Positions 21,100 to 30,138 of a stretch of DNA of 64,000 nt are shown piece after piece. The stretch comes from Candidatus Krumholzibacteriota bacterium. Lineage in GTDB: Bacteria; Krumholzibacteriota; Krumholzibacteriia; LZORAL124-64-63. The DNA lies in NCBI GenBank assembly GCA_039714075.1, contig JBDLKA010000001.1, positions 121,412-185,411 of the forward strand, given 5' to 3'. The translations under genes were made by a program, and so were the position numbers. Numbering within the stretch: position 1 is the first letter of the stretch; each line of letters starts with the position of its first letter. Under the pieces are notes generated by a model. That model was given only the letters and a program-made list of their open reading frames with translations, ran no database searches and was not told where the DNA came from.

Positions 21100-23019
21100 C
21101 TAGGTCTTGTTCCTGACCGCGTCAAGGATATCCTGGGCGACCTGGTCCACTTTCCTGGCCCCCTGATCCCCCTGATGCCGTATTCTGAGCGCAACTTCGC
21201 CGTTTTCGGCCTCCCGGCCGCCCACGACCAGCATCCAGGGCACCCGCAGCACTTCGGCCTCGCGGATCTTGAAACCGATTTTCTCGTCCCGAACATCTTC
21301 TCCGACCCGTATTCCGCTTTCCCGCAGCCTGGCGGCTACGGACCGGGCGTATTCGTGCTGGTCCCGGCTGACGGACAGTACCCGGACCTGTTCGGGAGCC
21401 AGCCACAGCGGGAAGTCACCCGCGAAGTGTTCGGTCAATATCCCGATGAACCGTTCCAGCGAACCCATGATGGCCCGGTGCACCATGTAGACATAACGGT
21501 CCTGGCCGTCGCTGTCGGTGTAGGTCACGTTGAAGCGCCGGGGCAGGTTGAAGTCGAACTGGATGGTGCTGGTCTGCCACCGGCGGCCGATGGCGTCGAT
21601 GAGTTTGACATCGATCTTGGGACCGTAGAAAACAGCCTCACCCTCTTCGCGCGTGTAGTCGAGACCGTGTTTACCCAGGGCCTTGATCAGCGAAGCTTCG
21701 GCGGCGTCCCACTCCTCGTCGGTGCCGGCGTACTTGCCCTTGTTTTCCGGATCCCGGACCGACAGCTCCACCTTGAAGTCGTCGAACCCGAAGGCCCCCA
21801 TGATCTCCTTCACCAGGTCGATGCACAGGCACACTTCGTCCTCGAGCTGTTCGGGCGTGCAGAAGTGGTGGGCGTCGTCCTGGGTGAATCCGCGCACGCG
21901 CATCAGGCCGTGCAGGGTTCCCTTGAGCTCGGCCCGGTAGACGGTGCCCAGTTCCGCGTAACGGACCGGCAGGCTGCGGTAGCCGCGGGTCTTACGCTGG
22001 AACATCAGGATGTGCCCCGGACAGTTCATGGGCTTGACGACGTAGGAACGTTCGTCCTGCTCGAAGACGTACATGTCGTCCTTGTAGAACTCCATGTGGC
22101 CTGAAGTCTCCCACAGGCCCGCCTGGGAAATATGCGGCGTCGTCACGGTCTGGTAACCGTTGCGGCGGTGAATGCCCTTCCAGTAGTCGATGATCTGCTC
22201 ACGCAGGATGTCGCCGCGGGGAAACCAGTAGGACAGCCCGGGTCCGGCATCGTCCATGATCCCGAACAGGTCCAGCTCCCGGCCCAGCTTGCGGTGGTCC
22301 CGCTTCTTGGCCTCTTCCAGCATTTCCAGATGGGCGTCCAGATCCTTCTTCTTGAAAAAACCCGTCCCGTAGATGCGCTGCAGCATGGGCTGGCTGCTGT
22401 CGCCCCGCCAGTAGGCGCCGGCCACGCTGAGCAGCTTGAAGGCCTTCAGGTCCTTGGTGTCGGGAACGTGCGGACCTTCGCACAAGTCCCGGAACTCCCC
22501 CATCCCGTAGACGGAAAGCTGCTCGTCACCCAGGGAGGCGATCTGCTCCAGCTTGTAGGGCTGGTCGCTGAACATCTTTTCGGCTTCCTGCCGGCTGACT
22601 TCCCGGCGCTCGATGGCGACCTTCTGCTTCGCCAGTTCGCGCATGCGCTTTTCGATGCTCTCGAGTTCCGCTTCGGTGAAGGGGTCTTCCCGGTCGAAGT
22701 CGTAGTAGAAACCGTTTTCGATGTCGGGACCGAAGGCGAACTTCACACCCGGAAAAAGATCCTGGACGGCCCACGCCATCAGGTGCGCCGTCGAATGACG
22801 CAACGTCGCCAGGCCTTCATCCGCCCCGCGGGTGATGACCAGCATCTCCCCCCCGGTCGTGACCTTTTCCACCAGGGGATGATGAACACCGTCGACGGTC
22901 ACGGCCAGGGCGCTGCGGTACAGGCCCTCGCCTATCTGCCGCACCGCGTCGCCATACGTCTGACCTTCTTCGATCTGCAGGGAATTCCCGTCCGGCAGTT
23001 TCAGCGACAGTTCCGACAT
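21100..23019 (-). CDS. thrS: Threonine--tRNA ligase
   Basis: TGS domain, RHSTAHLMA, DLCEGPH, RDHRKLG, KPMNCPGH, RVRGFTQDDAH and HRAIMGSLERF. Confidence 0.98.
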   Translation of the reverse strand: MSELSLKLPDGNSLQIEEGQTYGDAVRQIGEGLYRSALAVTVDGVHHPLVEKVTTGGEMLVITRGADEGLATLRHSTAHLMAWAVQDLFPGVKFAFGPDIENGFYYDFDREDPFTEAELESIEKRMRELAKQKVAIERREVSRQEAEKMFSDQPYKLEQIASLGDEQLSVYGMGEFRDLCEGPHVPDTKDLKAFKLLSVAGAYWRGDSSQPMLQRIYGTGFFKKKDLDAHLEMLEEAKKRDHRKLGRELDLFGIMDDAGPGLSYWFPRGDILREQIIDYWKGIHRRNGYQTVTTPHISQAGLWETSGHMEFYKDDMYVFEQDERSYVVKPMNCPGHILMFQRKTRGYRSLPVRYAELGTVYRAELKGTLHGLMRVRGFTQDDAHHFCTPEQLEDEVCLCIDLVKEIMGAFGFDDFKVELSVRDPENKGKYAGTDEEWDAAEASLIKALGKHGLDYTREEGEAVFYGPKIDVKLIDAIGRRWQTSTIQFDFNLPRRFNVTYTDSDGQDRYVYMVHRAIMGSLERFIGILTEHFAGDFPLWLAPEQVRVLSVSRDQHEYARSVAARLRESGIRVGEDVRDEKIGFKIREAEVLRVPWMLVVGGREAENGEVALRIRHQGDQGARKVDQVAQDILDAVRNKT

Positions 23020-23099
23020 CTGTGATCATCCATCCTCGGCTGATGTGGCGGGAAATCCCGAATCCCCACGCCACCGTCCCAATTGGCAGTAAGATGGCC

Positions 23100-23128
23100 A
23101 ATCTACACGCGGCTCAGGGGTCAGGCAA
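23100..23128 (-). promoter_or_regulatory. Probable thrS promoter
   Basis: TTGCCT-17nt-TAGATT. Confidence 0.5.
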
Positions 23129-23238
23129 GTCATAGGTCCCGATTTTCGGCCTTCAATTCAAAGCGGCGCGCGCGGAAAGGGGAAATCTCCTTGATTGCAA
23201 CCAACTGGGCGCCTCTAAACGGAAATATAAGGATTAAG

Positions 23239-23267
23239 TTGACCAAATATTCGATTTTTGATAATAT
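23239..23267 (+). promoter_or_regulatory. Promoter of secreted-protein copy 1
   Basis: TTGACC-17nt-TAATAT with extended TGn, 45 nt before the ATG. Confidence 0.65.
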
Positions 23268-23312
23268 TCTCGTATTCGCCCATTACTCAAGGTTACAACT
23301 TAGGGGTTAACA

Positions 23313-23924
23313 ATGAAAAAGATGGTAATCCTCGCCCTGGTCAGCTTGGTCGCAACTTCCGCATTCGCCGTTCTGGATCCCGATGACAACATGATGGGGG
23401 TCTACTTCGACACAATCGCTGAAAGCAATTGCCTGACCACCCCGGCCAGCGTCCCTTTCAACGCCTACATCATCCTCACCAACACCACCGCGCCTTCCAT
23501 CAATGCCTACGAGTTGGGCCTTGATGTGGTGGTTCCGGCCGGTATGGAAGGCATGATCTTCCGTCTGGCTTCCAACATCGCCGACTTGGTTGTCGCTGGT
23601 GTCGATGTAGGAACCAATGGCCCCTTGGGCGGCGATTTCATCGTCGGCCTGGCCGCTCCGCTTCCGGCACAGGAAGCTGTTATTCTGCACTCGTTCCAGT
23701 ACATGCTGCTGGCCGTGATGCCTGTGGAAATCTTCATCGGCGCTTCCTCGGCTCCTTCCATCCCGGGTGATTTCCCCGTGGTGCAGAATGCCGTAGGTTC
23801 CATTCTGATGCAGGTCGGACAGTCGACCGGCGGACCGGATGTGGCTGTCGCCACCATCAACACCGGTTGTGTTGTTGGTGTCGAAGAAGCAAGCTTCGGC
23901 AGCGTCAAGAGCCTGTTCCGGTAA
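23313..23924 (+). CDS. Secreted hypothetical protein, copy 1 (C-terminal VEEASFGSVKSLFR)
   Basis: Signal peptide MKKMVILALVSLVATSAFA; paralogue of the next two genes. Confidence 0.9.
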   Translation: MKKMVILALVSLVATSAFAVLDPDDNMMGVYFDTIAESNCLTTPASVPFNAYIILTNTTAPSINAYELGLDVVVPAGMEGMIFRLASNIADLVVAGVDVGTNGPLGGDFIVGLAAPLPAQEAVILHSFQYMLLAVMPVEIFIGASSAPSIPGDFPVVQNAVGSILMQVGQSTGGPDVAVATINTGCVVGVEEASFGSVKSLFR

Positions 23925-23963
23925 ACGGGTATGACTTGACGTCCACTAGGGGCGAATAAAGAC

Positions 23964-23997
23964 GGGGCCTGCTGTTTCAGCAGGCCCCTCTTTTTTT
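23964..23997 (+). terminator. Intrinsic terminator, copy 1
   Basis: GGGGCCTGCTG-TTT-CAGCAGGCCCC followed by TCTTTTTTT. Confidence 0.9.
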
Positions 23998-24028
23998 CAC
24001 CCCAATGGCGTTTCAACACCTGTGGCCG

Positions 24029-24056
24029 TAGACAAGACCCCGTTTTCTGATATACT
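24029..24056 (+). promoter_or_regulatory. Promoter of copy 2
   Basis: TAGACA-16nt-TATACT with extended TGn; conserved before copy 3. Confidence 0.65.
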
Positions 24057-24100
24057 CCAATCAATTGCATGTGCTAAATATTTTATGGAAGGTGAAACTA

Positions 24101-24712
24101 ATGAAACAGTTGATATTTGTTATATTGATCAGCTTGGTTTCGACGGTTGCGTTTGGCGTGGCGGATCCCGATGACGACATCATGGGTATCTACTTCGACC
24201 TGAACGCTGACGATAATTGCCTGACGGCTCAACCGGCCAGCGTTCCTTTCTTCGCCTACATCATTCTCACCAACACCACCGCCCCGGCCATCAATGCCTA
24301 CGAACTGGGCTTGACGGCTGCGGTTCCGGCCGGTTTGGAAGGCATGCTCTTCCGCCTGGCTTCCACCATCGCCAACGGTGTGGTCAGTGGTGTGGATGTC
24401 GGTACCAATGGTCCTCTGGGCGGCGATTTCATCGTTGGCCTGGCTGCTTCTCTTCCGGGACAGCCTGCGGTAGTTCTGCACTCTTTCCAGTACATGCTGC
24501 TGACACCAATGATTGTGGAATTCTACCTCGGTGCTTCCTCGGCTCCTTCCATCCCGGGTGATTTACCCGTGGTGCAGAATGCCGAAGGTTCCATTTTGAT
24601 GCAGGTCGGACTGTCGACCGGCGGACCGGATACTCCGGTTGCCATTGTCAACTGCAACACTTCTCCCGTCGAAGAAGCCAGCTTTGGCAGCGTCAAAAGC
24701 CTATACCGATGA
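24101..24712 (+). CDS. Secreted hypothetical protein, copy 2 (C-terminal VEEASFGSVKSLYR)
   Basis: Signal peptide MKQLIFVILISLVSTVAFG; RBS GAAGGTG; paralogue. Confidence 0.9.
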   Translation: MKQLIFVILISLVSTVAFGVADPDDDIMGIYFDLNADDNCLTAQPASVPFFAYIILTNTTAPAINAYELGLTAAVPAGLEGMLFRLASTIANGVVSGVDVGTNGPLGGDFIVGLAASLPGQPAVVLHSFQYMLLTPMIVEFYLGASSAPSIPGDLPVVQNAEGSILMQVGLSTGGPDTPVAIVNCNTSPVEEASFGSVKSLYR

Positions 24713-24749
24713 AATTGCCCTCGCCCATGGCTATTTTTGCACAAAAGGA

Positions 24750-24784
24750 AGGGGCCTGCTGATTTCAGCAGGCCCCTCGTTTTT
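24750..24784 (+). terminator. Intrinsic terminator, copy 2
   Basis: AGGGGCCTGCTGA-TT-TCAGCAGGCCCCT followed by CGTTTTT. Confidence 0.85.
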
Positions 24785-24816
24785 CCGCTCCAACGGCATT
24801 TCAACACCTGTGGCCG

Positions 24817-24844
24817 TAGACAGAACCCCATTTTCTGATATACT
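24817..24844 (+). promoter_or_regulatory. Promoter of copy 3
   Basis: TAGACA-16nt-TATACT with extended TGn. Confidence 0.65.
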
Positions 24845-24888
24845 CCCATCAATAGTATTCACTGAATATTTTCAGAAAGGGGAAACCA

Positions 24889-25497
24889 ATGAAACCGTTG
24901 ATATTTCTTATGTTGGTCAGCCTGGTTGCGACAGCTACGTTTGGTGGAATAGATCCCGATGACGACATCATGGGGGTCTACTTCGACTTGAACGCTGACA
25001 ACCATTGCCTGACCATACCGCCCAGTGTTCCTTTCATGGCCTACATAATTCTCACCAACCCCACAGCTCCCGCCATCAATGCATATGAGTTGGGCCTGAC
25101 GGTTGCGGTTCCGACCGGTATGGAAGCCTCGATCTTCCGTCTGGCGTCCACCATCGCCAACGGCGTGGTCAGTGGTGTGGATGTCGGCACCAATGGTCCT
25201 CTGGGGGGCGATTTCATCGTCGGACTGGCGGCACCGCTTCCGAGCCAGCTCGCTGTTGTCCTGCACTCCTTCCAGTACATGTTGCTGGCCAACTTTATCG
25301 TGGAATTCTACATCGGTGCATCCTCGGCTCCTTCGATCCCGGGTGATTTTCCCGTGGTCCAGAACGCCGATGGTTCCATCCTGATGCAGGTCGGAGTGCT
25401 CTCTGGCGGACCTGAATATCCCCTTGCCTGGATCAACGATTGCGCATTCCCAGTCGAGGAAGCCAGCTTTGGCAGCGTCAAGAGCCTATACCGGTAA
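24889..25497 (+). CDS. Secreted hypothetical protein, copy 3 (C-terminal VEEASFGSVKSLYR)
   Basis: Signal peptide MKPLIFLMLVSLVATATFG; paralogue. Confidence 0.9.
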   Translation: MKPLIFLMLVSLVATATFGGIDPDDDIMGVYFDLNADNHCLTIPPSVPFMAYIILTNPTAPAINAYELGLTVAVPTGMEASIFRLASTIANGVVSGVDVGTNGPLGGDFIVGLAAPLPSQLAVVLHSFQYMLLANFIVEFYIGASSAPSIPGDFPVVQNADGSILMQVGVLSGGPEYPLAWINDCAFPVEEASFGSVKSLYR

Positions 25498-25534
25498 AAT
25501 TGCCCTCGCCCAAGGCTATTTTTGCCCAAAAAGA

Positions 25535-25570
25535 AGGGGCCTGCTGTTTTCAGCAGGCCCCTCTTATTAT
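25535..25570. terminator. Terminator, copy 3 (probably bidirectional with convergent tRNA-Val)
   Basis: AGGGGCCTGCTG-TTTT-CAGCAGGCCCCT, flanked by AAAAAGA on the left and CTTATTAT on the right. Confidence 0.8.
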
Positions 25571-25574
25571 GCGG

Positions 25575-25653
25575 TGGTGGGCGATACGGGATTCGAACCT
25601 GTGACCTCTTGTCTGTCAAACAAGCGCTCTAACCAAAGCTGAGCTAATCGCCC
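25575..25653 (-). tRNA. tRNA-Val(GAC)
   Basis: GGGCGATTAGCTCAGC...CTTGT-TTGACAG-ACAAG...GGTTCGAATCC...ACCA. Confidence 0.96.
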
Positions 25654-25665
25654 ACCGGGAGGCAA

Positions 25666-25694
25666 AATATGTTCAGGACACACGGTATTGTCAA
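25666..25694 (-). promoter_or_regulatory. Promoter of tRNA-Val
   Basis: TTGACA-17nt-CATATT. Confidence 0.75.
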
Positions 25695-25715
25695 TTGAAA
25701 ACCGAATCGTCGGGC

Positions 25716-26570
25716 TCAGGTAAGGTAGTCGACCAGCCGTTCCCCGTGCCCGTGCTGCCGCATCTTGCTGAGAGCCTGGTTCCTGATCTGCCGGACACGT
25801 TCCCGCGAAAGATTGATGTCCTGGCCGATGGTCTCCAGGGAAGCCGTTTCCTGGCTGCCCAGCCCGTAGTAGCGAATCACGATGTTCTTCTCGCGCGGAG
25901 ACAGCAGATCCATGGCGTCGGCCAGTTCCTGCAGCAGTTCGCCCGAAACGTAATCCTGGTCGGGCGTCAGATCCTCGGGATCGGCCAGGGTATCGGCCAG
26001 GGTCACGTCATCGTCGTAAAGCGGCTGGTCGAGACTGATCAAAGGCCGGCTGGCGGCCCGGATCTGCCCCATCTTGCGCAGGTCCAGGCTCATGGCCTCG
26101 GCGATCTCGTCCTCGCCCACCTTGCGCTTGTGCTTCTGCTCCAGGTTCTGTGACACCCGCTTCATGCGCTGGGCCTGCTGGGAGCGATTGATGGGCAGCC
26201 GCACGGTATTGGTCTGCTCGGCGATGGCTTTCTGGATGGCCTGACGAATCCACCAGACGGCATAGGAGATGAAGCGGAACTCCCGCCTTTCATCGAACCG
26301 CTTGGCGGCGGTGATCAGACCGATATTGCCTTCGGCGATCAGGTCCATGTAGCTGAGACCCTGATTGAGGAATTTTTTGGCCACGCTGACCACGAAGCGG
26401 AGATTCGAATTGACCAGCTTGTCGAGCGCTGCCTTGTCGCCCCCCCGGATGCGGGTGGCCAGCTCGAATTCCTCTTCCCTCGTCAACAGATTATGCTTGC
26501 CTATGGTCTGCAGATAATGCTGGAGGCTCGAGTCTTCGCGACGGTCGCTGCTGAGTTCGATTTCGTACAC
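25716..26570 (-). CDS. Sigma-70 family RNA polymerase sigma factor (short RpoD/SigA-like; regions 1.2, 2, 3, 4)
   Basis: LLTREEE, NLRFVVSVAK, DLIAEGNIGL, FISYAVWWIRQ and LSRERVRQI; no region 1.1; GTG start after AGGAGG. Confidence 0.92.
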   Translation of the reverse strand: MYEIELSSDRREDSSLQHYLQTIGKHNLLTREEEFELATRIRGGDKAALDKLVNSNLRFVVSVAKKFLNQGLSYMDLIAEGNIGLITAAKRFDERREFRFISYAVWWIRQAIQKAIAEQTNTVRLPINRSQQAQRMKRVSQNLEQKHKRKVGEDEIAEAMSLDLRKMGQIRAASRPLISLDQPLYDDDVTLADTLADPEDLTPDQDYVSGELLQELADAMDLLSPREKNIVIRYYGLGSQETASLETIGQDINLSRERVRQIRNQALSKMRQHGHGERLVDYLT

Positions 26571-27026
26571 CGGCGTCCTCCTGAAGGCACCTGGACCTAC
26601 TCATCGGTCCGCTATTCCCATTTCCTTTTTCCGGCGAGATCCTGAACTTGACCACAATCTTGACCTGCGAGGTCAGCTATTTCCCGATGCCGCCATATCC
26701 TGTTATTACGCCAAACCGGCCACAGGGTTCCGAAAAATGCAGTATAGCCGCCGAAACCGGCCGGGCGAGAGGCTCTGAAAAAACCCTAACTCCAAGGGTC
26801 CCAACAGGTGCGCCAACGGGCGAGAATCTGTATCCTATCTCCCACTGGGAGTATATGGGTTATTCAAGGGTCAGTCAAAGACTATTTTGATCTGCTTTGT
26901 CAATAAAGACAAAACGAGCAGTCTTCATAAATTAATGAGATGCAGTATGGCCGATCAAGATGCTTAATCCCCAATCGACCATACCACATTTTTGAAAACT
27001 GTCAACCAACAAAACCGAAGCGGAAA

Positions 27027-28940
<1,914 letters not shown>

Positions 28941-28991
28941 TTCTATCTCCATTCAAAGTGTGTTTGAAACGAATTTGCTCATCGGCATAAA

Positions 28992-29007
28992 TACAAGGGG
29001 CGTGCCC
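28992..29007 (-). promoter_or_regulatory. Sigma54-like promoter of dnaK
   Basis: GGGCACG-CCCC-TTGTA compared with consensus TGGCACG-N4-TTGCW; about 50 nt upstream of the ATG. Confidence 0.5.
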
Positions 29008-29175
29008 AAAACAAAGATTGTGGAGATTCTATTTAATGGATTGCCATCAAATATGTTAGGACAATTGTCCGAAATTCGGTATATGACACAACCAAAGACC
29101 CAAAATCAAAATTGCGCCATTTTGTCAGACAGGACTGCCATCGAGGCGTAAAACCAGCGAGAACATGCTGCCAGG

Positions 29176-30138
29176 CTAACGATCCCGTCCCTGTTTCAAT
29201 CCTTTGCGAAAACAGCAAAGCACGGTGAGATTCATGAGCTGGAAATACAACCCGGGCCACCAGGGCCGGTGCGCCTTGCCCGACGGCCAGGAGGCCATCA
29301 GACCCCGCAGCGGATTACCAAGACCCGCGTCCATGAAGCCACGCAACAATCGGCTTTTCAGGGATAGTCCAGGCCGGCCCGGGACATCCACCACGTGATG
29401 GAGATTCATTTCCCGGATCCGGGACGGATGAATGCGCGCCAGATGCGGCAGGGAATGGCGTCCGCATTCGACCTTTTTCGCCAGATACTGTTCCAGGGTG
29501 TGATGGTGCACATGGACAGGGACCGGCGCAACGAGAGTCAGGAACTCGACCCCGGCCTTGTCTTCCAGCCGGAAGGCCACCTCCATGTCCTCGAAGCCAT
29601 AGGTGGAGAATTCCTCGTCGAAACCTCCGGCCTCCAGAAAGGCCCGGCGGGGGACCGCGGCGTTCTGGGTGACGAAAAAACGACCCGGAGCCGGACCGGG
29701 ATCCAGGCGGGCGACACCGCGGGAATCGAGGTAGTGAAAATGCGGTCCGTCCACCAGGGAGGGCTCGGTCACCGCATACCCGATGGTGCCGCAACCGGCG
29801 TGCGACCCCAGCACATCCAGATGAGCGCGCAGCAGATCCGGCGGAGCCACGATATCGTCATCCAGAAAGAGGATCCAGGTTCCGGCGGCCGCCCGGGCCC
29901 CCAGGTTGCGCGCCTTGGCCCGGCCGACGTTGCCGGGCGGGTCCACCACCACCAGATTGATGCCGCCGGTGCGGGTCAGGTTTTCCAGAAAATCACGTGT
30001 GCCGTCGGTGCTGCCGTCGTTGACGACCACGGTTTCCCAGGTGCAGTCGGGCGCCACCTCCTGCCGTGACAGGGCGGCCAAAGTCCGCTCCAGCAGGGCG
30101 ACCTTGTTGAAGGTGGGAATGACGACCGACAATTTCAT
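29176..30138 (-). CDS. Glycosyltransferase family 2
   Basis: SVVIPTFN, VVVNDGSTDGT, ARNLG, FLDDD and GGFDE..YGFED. Confidence 0.92.
   Translation of the reverse strand: MKLSVVIPTFNKVALLERTLAALSRQEVAPDCTWETVVVNDGSTDGTRDFLENLTRTGGINLVVVDPPGNVGRAKARNLGARAAAGTWILFLDDDIVAPPDLLRAHLDVLGSHAGCGTIGYAVTEPSLVDGPHFHYLDSRGVARLDPGPAPGRFFVTQNAAVPRRAFLEAGGFDEEFSTYGFEDMEVAFRLEDKAGVEFLTLVAPVPVHVHHHTLEQYLAKKVECGRHSLPHLARIHPSRIREMNLHHVVDVPGRPGLSLKSRLLRGFMDAGLGNPLRGLMASWPSGKAHRPWWPGLYFQLMNLTVLCCFRKGLKQGRDR

Larger units (their letters stand above)
23313..25562 (+). repeat. Tandem triplication of a gene+terminator(+promoter) unit, period about 788 bp
   Basis: Start codons at 23313, 24101 and 24889; three near-identical terminators; duplicated spacers 24001-24065 vs 24789-24853 and 24713-24750 vs 25498-25535. 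Confidence 0.95.

Noticed and set aside
23020..23100. T-box leader for thrS (also checked for pheS)
   Set aside because: Leader too short; no T-box consensus or terminator
23313..25562. Triplication as a CRISPR array, integron cassette array or DGR
   Set aside because: The repeats are whole genes. There are no short repeat-spacer units, attC core sites, integrase or reverse transcriptase, and differences are not adenine-specific.
25575..25653. A-C mismatch in the tRNA-Val T-stem as a sign of a pseudogene
   Set aside because: Single mismatch; the other arms, CCA end and promoter are intact
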